From: Tubiluchus corallicola
Taxonomy: Eukaryota > Animalia > Priapulida
DNA: 64,000 nt
Assembly: GCA_030141605.1 (NCBI GenBank)
Contig: JAQGDQ010000050.1
Coordinates: forward strand, 11,971 to 75,970
Direction: 5' to 3'
The notes under the pieces: model-generated
Told to the model about the DNA's origin: nothing
The model's input: only the letters and a program-made list of their open reading frames with translations
Databases searched by the model: none
Position numbers and translations under genes: made by a program
Part shown: in pieces, positions 29,785 to 43,200 of the stretch
Numbering within the stretch: the stretch's first letter is position 1
Layout of the letters: every line of letters begins with the position of its first letter

Positions 29785-30325
29785 ATGGAATGTGGGGTAC
29801 CAAGGGATGCGTACTTATTGGCAGTAGAACTTGAAATTACGAGCGGGAACTTTTATGATGTTTTAGACGAGCGAGCACGGTTACATAAACAGCTTAGTCG
29901 TGATCTCGAAATGACATATTTGCCGGGGATATGCGAACTTTTCTGCGGCAAGTCTATCATTGATGGAGTAAGTAATGGTTTTTTGTTTTTTAGAGGTAAT
30001 GACTATTATGCTAAAATCACTAGATTGCTAATTCTGCAGTTAAAAGAAAATTTGTCTCGAGGACTTTTAATAAAGATTTATATTCATTTTACAGGAAGAA
30101 CTAGTGGTGTTTAAACTGAACAATATTCATGGGATGCCAGTTATGGCTAAATTACTGACTAAATACGCGCCCGGCCGGGTCCGGTTTATTAACAGAGAAA
30201 ATTTCTGTATTTGCACGGCCGCACATGAAATAATAGCAATATGGAGCCTGGCGCAGATGATGAAACTAGAGAAGCAAAAATGGGAAGAGGGGAGAGAAGA
30301 AAAATGGCTAGCAGTGGAGTACTAA
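29785..30325 (+). CDS. Unknown small spliced gene family, copy 3 (intact, ~137 aa)
   Basis: Exon 29785-29967, phase-0 intron GTAAGT..TTTACAG, exon 30095-30325 open to TAA. The upstream region is shared with copies 1 and 2. Confidence 0.65.
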
Positions 30326-30834
30326 GAAAAAGTGGAAGAAAAAAAATTAAAAAAAAATCCTAGAAATTGAAAAAAAAGTATTTATCCTTTCTGTGTACCT
30401 ATTATATAAAAGTGTGACTATGCATTAAACTATTTGTGTTACGGACCAAGCAAAAAAAAAACAACTATTTGTGCAATGGATCTAGTAACCAAAAAAAACT
30501 GTTTGTGTTTATGGATCAAGGTGGATCGCAAGGAAGGTATGTTTGTATTTAGCATCATAAGTTATTATACAATAACCGAATATTAGTAATTAAACTCTAC
30601 ACTAAAACATTTGATCGGTACATTTATTCAACTCGGTTATCTGAATCAGTAGTTCCGAGTTTAATCTAGCTATAATCTTAGTTTAATATGTTGGTTATTC
30701 GTTCTACTATTTCAACGGGGCTCGTTAATTAGAACTTCTTTTTGTAGAGTAATACAGCGTAAATCTTAACACACTTCACACATTTCTGAAGTATTTAATA
30801 TAAGTATTTATTTAATTACTCAACAAAAACGCTC

Positions 30835-33470
30835 TTAGTGATATACCGTGAAATATTCTCCTAATTCAAATATTATACAAAATAATGTTTTAAAGATGCC
30901 TGGTTTTTGCAACTTAATTAAATTAATTCTGGCACGCTTAACAGGCGTCTCGGCATCTGATGAGCGTTTTATAGAACGATTAGCGAGTGGGGGAATTAAG
31001 TTATCTATTGGCATTGTATAATCTGTTTCGGTTTGAATTACATTCTCCGCCTCCGTCGAGTCTATTCGTTCTAAAATTGGCAAAGAAGCAAGTGTGGAAT
31101 TTGATGAACTAGGCGAAACGTTAGCTTGAGGTTCATTTTCATAGAGATCCAAATCCGGGAGCGGTGTTCCGATTGGAATTTGATTAGGTTGTATCTCATT
31201 TGTTAAATTATTGGAATCACCGTCTGACAGAATTTCGGGGACGTAATGTAGTGTGGATTTTCGTTTCGAAGTTCGCTTGGAATGCGACGATGTCCCTGTT
31301 GGTAGTAGCCATTGATTAGACGGCAAATTGGCCTTCCGCAAACGATTTGGATGCACTATTTTAAATTTGCCTGTGGTATTATGAACAATTCTAAAACGGG
31401 ATTCATCAATTTTATTGACTATTACATAATATGGGGCCCATGGTCGACATAATTTATGTGATTCAGCAGGGTCTAAATTAGCTTTACGTAAAAAAACCGG
31501 GTCACCAATTTTGAAAAGGGGTATATGCGTACTTTTATCATAACGTTTTTTATGAGCTAGACTATTTTTATGCATTAATTGTCGGGTTTGCCGAAAGGCC
31601 TCGTGTAAACGATTGAGATCCAGCCTAATTGGGTCACAACCGTAATATTTAGATCTAAGTTGAAGGATATTGTCGAGTGGTAAATGACAGTGTCGGTTAT
31701 ATATTAGAAAAAATGGACTGTACCCGGTTATTGAATTTGGGGTCGTTCTAAGGGCAAACAAGACATGCGGCAAGTATTTGATCCAATCTGTGGACTTTTG
31801 TTGGCAAACATATGCTAATTGTTGAATAATAGTGCGATTGGCTCTTTCAACTTGGCCTTGTGAATTAGAATGGTACGGTGTTCCTAATACTTGAACTACC
31901 CTAAATTCTTTTAGTAAAGCTTTTAATAAAGCATTGTTGAACTCTATTCCCTGATCACTGAAAAAGGTCTTACTTGTACTGTGGCGAGAAAAATATTCTG
32001 TAAGAATGACATTAGCAACTGAGTTAGCTGATTTATCAACTAAAGGGAAAGCTTCAATCCAGCTGCTTAATTGATCTATTAAGACTAGTAAATATTTATA
32101 ACCAGATTCTGTCTGTGGGAGTATTAATATATCCAAATATACATTTTCAAAGGGTTTACTAGCTAATTCTGTGATACCTAAAGGTTTACGATGCGGTCTC
32201 AAACGACGTGTTTGGCAATTCAAGCACTGATCTACATGTTTCTTAATTTGCACAAACATACCGGGCCAATAGTATCTTTTCTTCAGATGCTCATATGTTC
32301 TTTTTACTGAGGAATGTCCAGCAAATTCGTCGTGAAATCCTCTGATTAAAATACTTGTTAATTTAGCTGGAATGGCTAACCGTAAATTTTCCTGTTCCAA
32401 ATTAATGGAGTCATTTTCAACTTTATACAATAATCCCTGCTCATCAATGTAGAAATTTTCTGCATATTTTGTTTGGATGTTGGTTTCTGTAGGTGAGGTT
32501 AAAGCATGAATAATTGGTGCTAATTTGGGATCTGATAATTGCCATTGCTGTACTGTTGTTAGGTCTAAAGGTAATGCATCAAATTCATCCAGGTCATGTT
32601 CGGTTACACTTTGTTCTAATTGAGTGGCTGGGTGGTCCGATGAGGAGGTTTCTTGTGCTGATAACGGAATTTGAGTTGGAGCGTTTTCATTGCCAGCTGA
32701 TTCGCCTGTTGGTCTGTTTAACAATGGGTCTTCACCTGTCCAAATGTTTTCTTCTAAAACGTTACCCTCTATAGGTAGAACCTTTTTAACTATTGTCTGA
32801 TCTGAATAGTTTTCTAGTTCAGTTTGACTTAACATTTGTTGGCTAATTTGGGCTATCATCTCTGTAGTTTTAATACCTTTACTGCGCTGTGAAGTAGATT
32901 TCTGATCTACTAAATATTTATATTTCTTTGCTAATCTTTCAGGCGAATTATATTGTATAAACTGTTGTTGAAAATCCCTAAAGGATATTTGGAGCGTTCC
33001 TGTAAAATCTGGACACGCTGGTAGCCGACTTAATGCGTCAGCAGCTGTGTTTGTTACACCCTTTTGGTAATAGATATTAATATTATACTGTAATAGCTCA
33101 ACTACCCACCGAGACAGTAATTGGTTCATTAATCTGGCACCTGTAAACAAGTAAATTAACGGTGCGTGGTCCGTATAAACATCAATTTTTGGTGCGTTAT
33201 ATAAATATGTTTTAAACTTTCTAAAGCTAGCTACGATGGCATATGCTTCCTTTTGAAATGTAGGCCATAATCTTTGCGAACTATTTAGAGTTTCTGACAT
33301 ATAAGCTATCACTCCTATATTTCCATCAACATCTTTTTGTGAAAGAACAGCGCCTATGCCGAAGTTCGAACTATCGGTATGGAGAATATAACCTGTGTTA
33401 GTCTCCGGATATTTCAAGATTGGTGCTTCCGTTAAAACTGCTTTCAGTTTGTCAAAAGTTTCTTGTTGTA
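30835..33470 (-). mobile_element. Ty3/Gypsy pol fragment (RNase H plus integrase; RT missing)
   Basis: TDSSNFGIGAVLSQ, EAYAIV, YTDHAPL, HDEFAGH..YYWPGM..CLNCQ, SDQGIEF, GQVERANRT. Confidence 0.93.
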
Positions 33471-33947
33471 AATGTATTGTTGTCAATACTTACTCAGAGA
33501 GCCCCCCCCCCCCCGAACCCTAACTTTGGCAATTACAGAGGCCGCTAACAGAGGAGCCCCGGTGGAGATGTGTCAATATCTTAGATCGTGCTTCCCAGAT
33601 AATTCAGAACCCATGGAAGTTGATTTAATTTCACAAGAACTCCATGAAGACCCCCAGACATGACTCCCCATACATTGCAGCTATTTGCAGATTCATTATT
33701 TAAACAGGGACAAGTTTTAAGCAACGTACAAGAATCGGTATGTTCTCTTAATAAAACAGTTGCTACTTTGGCAAAACCACCACAAAACCAGCAAGCAAGA
33801 TTCGGTAAAGGACGTCAATTTCTACCAACGGGTTTTAATAATAATAATACACGACAATTTCGGACAAATACACCTCGTTCTAACGACAACCGCCCACCCA
33901 ATCGACCTAATCCTCCATTCCAACGTAATTTTAGTAACTCTAATAAT

Positions 33948-36900
33948 TAGTGTAGGCTCATATGTCATGAAATAAAAATTCGTGTATTTTTGTTGGTAAA
34001 AGCAAAAACTCACCTGATTCCGCTAGAATAGCATTAAATAAAAATAGGGTGCCATTTTTTCTTCGCGTTCTGATGCCCTGAAATGAAAGATTGTTGCCGT
34101 GATACAAGAATGGCCTAAATTTAACATTATATATATTGATATAAATATGGTTCACATTTTTTCAGCATTTATTCCATGTGAAACTGTATCTAGGGATTCC
34201 CACATGGAGTACAACTTCCCAGTGACTGCTAATTTTACATGTTGTGAAGTTTCAGGCAGACTGCCATGCTGGATTGAAATTAGCGGGCGCAAAATTGTGT
34301 TTGAATGAAGTCATTAGCCGCAATGTTTCCGCATTATATTATATGGTCTAAACATTTGGTGTATTGTACATTGGTTCATTGTACTTGGTGTATGTAAATA
34401 TGTGGAAGGGAGTGGTATTGACCAAGCATGGATCGAAGCTGGACTATACTCACCAACAACGGTAACACAAATCATCAACGGAAAACACATGTATCGGGCA
34501 CTGGAAGCTCATACAGTTACCTTGCGCGCGTTGTACAGCTTGTACTTCCGAAAGTTTCTGAAACTACAACCCAATGAAGAAGCCTTCTTGAAAGAAGCCT
34601 CCACTTGTTTGGGAGAAGCATATCAGGAAGACATCAATCGGGACACAGAAAGCAGAAATAACGTCAGCGATGCCGTTACAAAAACAATCGAGAGTCCAGG
34701 GAAATCTTCGAAAAGATGAAACAGTGTGAAGGCACTGCAAACAAGATTCAGCGTTTCATAAACAGCTACATGAAGCAGTTTGAAAACATTCTCCAGTTTG
34801 TGAGAGCAACCAGACAACGAGACCTATTGCTACATATGCAGAGTCTGGAAGGACTTATAAAGTACTTCTTTGCCCACGATCATTTAAATTATGCGCGCCT
34901 GTTGCCACTGTACATATCTACAATGCAAGAAACGGAAAAAGATCATCCCGAAATATGGGCAGAGTTTGTGAAGGGCAACTTCTGTGTCACCAAAGGCATT
35001 GCTGGATTCACATCAATAGGTCCAGACCATGGGATCGAACAAGAGAATCGTGAGCTCAAAGTTGTTGGTGGGATAGTAGGAATCACGCAGAACGAAAAAT
35101 CGCTGGACAAGTACTTTCTCATTGCGCCTGAACTGTCAAATTTACAACGAGAATTTGAAAAAACATACTGCACTGGCAACAAAGAAAAAAGAACACAGCA
35201 CCATGAAGTCACAGGAGGAAAGCTCTCTCGTGTAACACAAAATGCAGTCAAACTCAGTGCAGTATTCCATCAGCACGGAAATCCATTTGAATCTGCTGAG
35301 GATGAAATGTACAACCTGCTCACCAAAGCAGTTATGAATGAAACTGCTACCAATGACATCCTTCACCGTGACGAGATTGGTCAACATATGTTTGAAGATT
35401 TCGTCACAGAACGCATGACAGAAGGAAAACTTTCTGTGTGGGACAAAATGAAAAAAAAGAAACTTGAAACGTACAAAGGCACTAATGCATCGACAGAAAT
35501 CAGAGTAAGGGACAAGGTTGTCAAGATAAAAGAAGAGAGAGGACTCTTGCAACGCTTCATCGTTATCTCCAGAAGTCGACCAGAACTTGACCTGAAGGAG
35601 TGCATTGGAACTTACGAGTTTGGTGTAGTACCACGATCCTTATTTGCTTCAGATGGGTCTCTTCTGTTAGCCTATGATAAGGCTTCCATACTGCATCATC
35701 TTGAGAAACTCAGTAGTAATACACAAGAAGCCGAAACAGATGGAAACGAGGCAACTGAGAGTGAGCCATCTGGCAGTCAGGCAACGCATGTACCACTACA
35801 CGTAGCAGCTACAACAGTAGAACATGCAGACGTGGATACAAATCAACCACCAGCATACCGAGTAGTCATCATCGACGGAATGGCTGTGGTAAACTCGGTT
35901 ACCAAAACTGACCGAATGAAGACGTGTCAAGATTTTGCAGACTCCTTTCTTGCGATCATCTGTAACATGGCTGCTAACTATGATGAGGTCAGATTGGTGT
36001 TCGACAGGTACATGAAATCATCACTCAAGGAACAGATGAGGACAAAGAGGACCAGGGGAAAGTCAACGTATTACCATGTGAAGGACACCACTTTAATCCA
36101 GAATATTTCCCTGAAAGACTTTCTCTCAGATATCCGGACCAAAGCAGAGCTCACCGAGTATTTGGCTGACAAGGTTTTACACCACAGCAGGAGCTCTAAC
36201 AACAGACTGAAGAAATTTATGGTGACCTCAGGAACACACACCAAGGGGAATGTTGATATTCCAGATTCGCTTCTTACTCACAGCCAAGAAGAGGCAGACA
36301 CGTTGCTCATACTACATGCTGTAAGTGTTCCCCATGAAGCGGAGCTTGTGGTCAGTTCTCCAGACACAGATGTTTTGTTGCTACTTGTCCACATGTTTCC
36401 GCACTTGCCACTTTCTACAGTCTTCGTCACTGGACAGGGCAGGATGAAGAGGAACATTTCTGTCTGTAACATATACAACAACTTGGGACAAAAGCACGCT
36501 TCCGCACTGTTGGGTTTTCATGCTCTGACAGGCTCCGACACGTCTGGTAGATTCGCTGGCAGAACCAAAGACTGGTGTTTCAAGACGTTCATGTCCTGTG
36601 ACGATGAGATCTTGGATGCACTAGCAATGCTAGGAAATGAGAACGATCTGCCCTCTGATGCATGCTCGCAACTGGAACGCTTTGTTTGTATGCTGTATCG
36701 ATCAAAAATCTACACAAAAGTAAATGAGCTTCGCTGGTTTCTCTACTCAAATCGTGCAGCCGAAGGAGAAAACCTTCCACCAACTTCTGGTGCACTGGAC
36801 TTACATATTCGTCGCGCACATTACATAGCCATGATTTGGAGGAAAGCTAATGAAAATCATCCAAGCATGCCAACACCTACTGCATTCGGTTGGACATTTG

Positions 36901-37599
36901 ATGCAGGCTCAAGTCACTTCTGTCCTGTTCGATGTTTGAATCCGCCAGCTCCTGAGGCAATACTGCACCTGATAAAGTGCAAATGCAAACGTGGATGTGA
37001 AGGAAAGTGTAGTTGTCGCAAAAACAATATCCCATGTACAGAAGTTTGTGGATGTTGGGTTTTCACTTGCAACAACAAAATAAGTCAACTAACGATAAAT
37101 GAGGAGTGTGAAGACGATTGACGTATGTTGTTAAAGCTACACCTATCCACCGTGTGACTTTTTCATTTGGTCGTTTACAAAATAATTGTATTCCATGTGG
37201 TCAATACATCGCTTTAATATGTTTGCACATTTTATTTCCAATACTGTATGGATTACGGTGTCGAAATGAGTAGATTTTACTGTAAATGGCTGCTATTTTG
37301 GTCGCCATCTTAAAACTTGGCATGCAAGTAATAACTTTAGCATCAATTTGATAATTCCAGTGGTTTCCTCGTGTCAGAAAACCTATATTTGTATACTTTG
37401 TTTGTAATTATATCTTGCGTATTAACGAAGATATTACATTATTGCTAACCGGACGCCATCTTGGATTTCGAACCCTTAGAATGCGAAGAAAAAATGGCAC
37501 CCTAATTTTTTTTAAAGGTTATGACATATTCTTTTAAAATCAAGTGAGTTTTTGCTTTTACCAAAAAAAATACACGAAATTACAAATGATCCTACACTA
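33948..37599 (+). mobile_element. TIR DNA transposon (provisionally CMC/EnSpm-Chapaev-like), 3-bp TSD AAT
   Basis: Ends TAGTGTAGG...CCTACACTA with extended imperfect inverted repeats (TTCGTGTATTTT..GGTAAAAGCAAAAACTCAC). AAT on both flanks. Confidence 0.85.
34402..37121 (+). CDS. Transposon protein (5'-truncated, frameshift near 34700) with PIN/FEN1-like acidic motifs and a C-terminal CXC domain
   Basis: FFAHDHLNYAR, DHGIEQEN, IIDGMAVV, LVFDRY, SQEEADTLLILHA, DTDVLLL, HALTGSDT, CKCKRGCEGKCSCRKNNIPCTEVCGC. Confidence 0.8.
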
Positions 37600-38383
37600 A
37601 ATAGACAGTTCTACAACGAACTAACGAACAAATACAGGTTTCAGGTTTCAACCGCGCGCATCGAGCAGAAATAACAACTTCGACCCACGCGCGACATGGA
37701 TGCCTAGAGAAAACGCCCCGAATTCTAAATTTCAGAATAGACCATTTATTCCTAGGTTTAATAGGGAGAAACAATCCGGTAATTTTAATAGGAGAACGGC
37801 AAACTAAAAGCGACCATTCATAAAAATTATCGGTCATCAGAATGGTCGCACGATTGTAGACCGAAGTATTACAATTCTTCTTCTAATGTCCCCGACAATT
37901 CTAAATCTCAACAACCTTTTCGGAAAACGTACTATCGCGTAAATTACAAAGGAGCTCAGTTTATTCTATTAGACCTACCGCATACGAAATATTTTAGAAG
38001 ATATCCATTAAGTGTAATTAACTTTAAGCCCTATTTTGACCGATACTTGACCATGAGGGCAATCAAACGCTTCGAACTATATGAACATTGTGACTTACAG
38101 AATCAAACAACTGTGCCTGCTATAAACTGCCATGATCTTATGTGTTGCCACATATTTGTATTGATGGTGCAATTTAAAACTTTCAGACTAATGTGTTGAT
38201 GGTGCAATTGAACCACATATTTGTGTTGATGGTGGAATTTAAAACTTTCAGACTAATATGTGTTGATGGTGCAATTCAAAACTTTCAGACTTTAGTGTCC
38301 TCTCAGTGAAATTGAAAACATTCAGTCTTCAGTACACTTTAAAGACACTTAGACTTCGTGTAATTGTTTTAGTCACGTCGGAC

Positions 38384-39219
38384 ACGATCATACAAAGCTG
38401 TTTAGTCTGTTCTGCAGCAGCTTTTGTCAAACACTATGGCAAATTCACGTGCAGCGCGTGCCGCTACTTTTTTTACGGACTGTATCCCCGCAACGTGGCT
38501 GTGTTGGAAATTGTCGCATTACCCCAGACACCAGACGTTACTGTAAACTTTGCAGATTTAACAAGTGTATAACCGTTGGACTGCAACCAACTTCACCACG
38601 CTTTGGAAAGTCCTCAAAAACTCGCAGAAACTGTCTCAAAGCTAAACCTAATTATCGTGTCAAATCTATCAATCAAATGGCAAATCAGCTTCTAACTGTC
38701 GCCGTAAGGATCACAACTCAGAAGGCACGCAAGCAACCCGAGTTACAAACATTATCTATCGATGACCAGATAATTCTACTAAAATCCGGCGTACCAAGTA
38801 TAATTCTAATTTGGCTAAATACATTAATTAATTTAGCATCGCTTGCACAAGAGACAGTACCATAGCATCAGCTCAGCGATTTCGATGAATTTACACAACA
38901 ACTTTATAGAACTGCACAGGCGATTATGCTAGTTAGGCCAACGCAAGACGAATTGGAAATTCTAACAAATATTTTACTATATGACTCAAGTTGCCCTAAC
39001 TTAGAACGACCTGACCGAGTAGCTATTTTTCACTCCATGTGGATAGAACGATTTAACCATGAGATTGCCTGGCCTTCCAGATTCACCTCGCAAATGGCGG
39101 CTCTAAGCAACTTCCAGGCTTTGTATCATGCTGTAATTGCTTTTGCGACCCGACTGCAGTCTTCACAATTGACCCTCGATCAAAATGCTTATTTCCAATT
39201 AAAGGAAGAGAATGATTGA
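38384..39219 (+). pseudogene. Intronless, divergent nuclear hormone receptor (C4 DBD plus LBD), one frameshift and one in-frame TAG
   Basis: CLVCSAAAFVKHYGKFTCSACRYFF / CVGNCRITPDTRRYCKLCRFNKCITVGL. LBD motifs ARKQPELQTLSIDDQIILLKSG and TQDELEILTNILLYDSSCPNL. Frameshift in a T-run at ~38468-38474; TAG at 38863. Confidence 0.85.
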
Positions 39220-39819
39220 ATGAATAATGTTGTGTACTTATATAATGTTGAATCATGTTGTGTAGAATAATGTTGTGTAGAATAATGTTGAATAATGTTG
39301 TGTATTTATATTTTGAAATGATTCGATGATGATTCGTTTATAGGTTGTCACTTATATTTTGCATTTTGGATAATGATCCACTGAGTCATTTACTGAGTCA
39401 GTTATATTTCGAAATGATTCGTGACTTGCATCATTTATATTTTGAAATGATTCGTGACTTGTATTCCCACGCAGGAATGATTTACAATTTGTATGATCCA
39501 TGTAAATTCATGATTTGTATCTTGAACTTGATTTGTATCTCGAATGATAGCAGTTGAACCCATATACTCGTATGATGTGTGTTTACTTATATATTCGAAA
39601 CTCTGATAAATGTTGCATATATACACAGACTTTGAGTTAAACATTCGTGTGTTTTAAACTAAGGGCGCTTAAAAAAAATATATATATATATAATAATAAT
39701 AATAATATATCTCATTAGCATAGTATATTTAATAAGGATAAAGATGACGATTATGAACATGGCTAACAATGATGATTAGGATAGTATACTGTATGATCCT
39801 AATGATAATGATATGCTAA

Positions 39820-40200
39820 AGAAAATTGCTGTATTGTTGATTTTGAAGCTTTGGAGCTAAAATCACGTGAATGAGTTTACAAAAAAAAGTTTGCCTCAAA
39901 GAAAGTTATTAATAAGGATTTATATTCATTTTACAGGAGGAATTAGTAGTCTTCGAAATAAGTCGAATCTTTGGAATGCCAGTCATGGCAAATTTACTAG
40001 ATCAGTTCGCTCCTGAAAGGGTGCGATTTATAAATAGGGAACAATATTGTGTAGCCATCTGACATTTTTAATATATTCGAACTGGCCTCCCAATTACGGG
40101 AAGCCAAGCGGAGCTGGCACGAAGGCGCAGAAGAGATGTGGCTTACCTCTTTAGAGGTACTGCCACATCTAATTGATGCAGAAGACGACTAATGGCGGAG
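39820..40200 (+). pseudogene. Unknown small spliced gene family, copy 4 (intron 3' part plus decayed exon 2)
   Basis: GATTTATATTCATTTTACAG acceptor at 39936, then EELVVFEISRIFGMPVMANLLDQFAPERVRFINRE. Confidence 0.6.
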
Positions 40201-43200
40201 TAAGAAGAAAAAGAAAAAAAAACACAAAAAATGACAAAATACAAAAACCAAAAAAAAGAACTATTTAAATCTAACGTAGAGCAAGGAAGAAAAGGACAAC
40301 ACCCAAATGGTATGTTAGATTCATGTTTTTAAACACTTATATCTTAAAGGAATTTTGTTAGTCATTCAGCATAGTGAATTATGGTACAATATTCGGATAT
40401 TCGCTATTGTCCTCGTCTTACAAACACCAAGCCACCAACTAACAAACCTAAACCACCTCGCGGTACTCATTCGAGCAAACCGAATGCCCCGCCCATACAC
40501 CCGAATCCTATGACACGTAATCGAATTCTTCTCTATCAGCCTCCGAAAGAATTCATCAAAAAACCCGAACCCACTGTTCGGGAACCAATTGTTCGTTATA
40601 ACCCAACTAACGACTCCGTTGACTTCGTATATCCTTCCTTACAAACAATCGAAGAACAACAATAAAATTCTGTTTATTTCTTTTGTTATACAGTTATAAC
40701 CAAGAAGTCGAGGACCACCTTTCGAAAATAGATGACAGCATAGATAAATTTCTACAAGGACTTAACGAAACCTACGAAGTTAATTATAATTTGATTCGTG
40801 ACCTTTCAACACCTGAGACGCCCCAATCCACCTCTACACTAAACACCTCTGAGAGTGCTGAACAATTTATGCCTTTACATTTTTCCTTCGCACCAAATAC
40901 GCCTTTATCCCTGCAGGAAATTTATCACTTTTTAAAATCACCACTTCCACCATTCCCAGACATATCAGAAGCTGCCACGAAAGACACACAAACCGACTTG
41001 ACCTGTGAACCAAGTGAAGAAATTGATTTTACCACCACTAAATTGTTACCTACTGTTTGTACCAAACAAACACAGACAGACTTTACGTTTCCACCTGACG
41101 TTTTAGTTGTCTTGAAATGCCCTTTATTGGAAAATGATTTCATTAATAAATTCGCTCCCATGTAATTTGTATAACGTTTGATTCAACAGCAACTCGTGAC
41201 ATATAAATACCTTTCATTTTGCAGCATGAATACGCTACAGCCTAATCTGCATAACGGCGAAGTTATATCACGTCGCGCATATATTATCGTCATAAGTTTG
41301 ACATTGCTTGTCTTTTGCATAATAATAACGGGAATACTGTTTGCAGTCTGGGAAAGAAAATGCGAACTGACGGGAAAATAATAAAAGGATTAGAATAATC
41401 AATGAATAATCAAAGAATAATATAACGAATATAAATGAATAATAAAGGGAAACAATCCAATATACGAGTAATTGTATAATGAGTGATTGGATACCTTAAC
41501 CTACTTTCCATACCCTTTTCTTCCTCATAGCTTAACCTTGAAAAAGCCTGCCTGTCAGGTGCAAAAGAAGCCAGCCAGCTTCATCACAACAGCTATCGAC
41601 CGCCGTCGCCGGAAGTATTATTGATTGATCGTCGCAAAGACATTTGATCTCCATCTAACGACTTAGCCACGCAGTGAAGTCAGCTCAACTTTCATCGATT
41701 GACCATACTTATCACATTCAGCGAAGAAGCCAAGCCAGCAGATTGACACTTCAAAATTATCATTCCGTATTTTCAGTTGTAAGAGAAAACGTGCACTTGC
41801 GTTTGTGCATTGGTTCAATTAATTTGCAAAAGGGCATATCTACTTCTTTTAGCTGCAAGATGAAACCCGAGAAAAAAAGAATCAAAGACATTTCCAGTGA
41901 ATGCACTAATAGTCCATTTCAACCAGTAACCAAATCAAGGAAGGCATGTGGAAAGCAAAATTTTGTACTTACCCAGCTCATATAACATCAGAATATTAGT
42001 CTCCCACCTTACCAGCTGGCTTCCTAAAGTTTCTGAATTTCTGCATCTGTTGTCCAGCTATACAACAGACGGCTCTCATGATGCTCAAGTTTCAAAACAA
42101 ACTGCCTGGCAGGCTGTGCAGCATCTTTCTTTGTTGGATGTATCTAAAGCACAAACATAGAATAAGTCTGACACAAAGAGCTTTCCAATTTTACACGAGA
42201 CGAATTTCATGACTTCTTAAGTCATTCTATTACCTAACTTAACCACTAAATTGAAACTGGATAGCCAATCACTGACACTGATTTTTTTAAAGGGACTGTA
42301 CATCTCCATATATGCAGTACCCACTGGCTAAATATTCATGAAACTTTCCGAGCACAACAATAGGCTAACACAATAACAAAACTAGCACTGTTGGCTACTT
42401 TCAAATAACATTTCAAACAATGCTACGATTTTTATGTAACAAACAATCATTAACCCTTTCACTATGGAAGATGACACACTGCCGCCTACATTTTTCGTGT
42501 AAAGTAGACTTCACCTAGCAGTAAAATAAAAAAACGAAATGACCTTAAAGAATGAACTTGACTGGCAGCAGAGTAAAAAAGTCTAAAAAAGACAAATAAC
42601 AAGAAAAAATAAAATTGTTAACTGGTTTGCTGCAAAACATTGTAGTAGTGTAACATTAGCATGAGACATAATCTACATACATACAGGGAACATATTCCAG
42701 CCTAGAGAAGATTCAGTGTACATTTGAAATTGAGAAACAAGAAGTGTAAGCTCTACGTATATTAGCACACAGTCATAGTGCAATGAAATTCTGGATTTGT
42801 CTCTCAGGTAATTTGACAAGACATTGCAGAGAGTTAATCCTGCTCAGCTGGACACTGAACAGACAAAAACACAAAAATCCATTGTCAATTAGATGTACCT
42901 GGAAATTGCAAACTTGCCATGCAGCTTTCACACTAGAAAAATTTCTTTATACGCACGTAACAAAAATAAAAAACATCAATTAGATATGCCCGAAAAAAGG
43001 AAAAGTACATTAAAGCAGGTGTGGTCAAGGGGTGCATTACATGCACCTGGAGAAATTACAGATCTATTATGTATCCAGCTTTTCCATGCTGTATTATTTC
43101 TTACGAAACCTATCTGGATATCTGAGAAAAGGTAACAATTAGCATTTAAAATTATAAAATAAAACAGTTATCGATTAGTTGTGTTAGGTGAAACTAATTA

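Larger units (their letters stand above)
33475..37930 (+). pseudogene. Gypsy-like gag C-terminal fragment interrupted by the DNA transposon
   Basis: EPMEVD motif and N/R/P-rich RQF repeats. Removing 33948-37599 and one AAT restores NSNNRQFYN. Confidence 0.6.
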
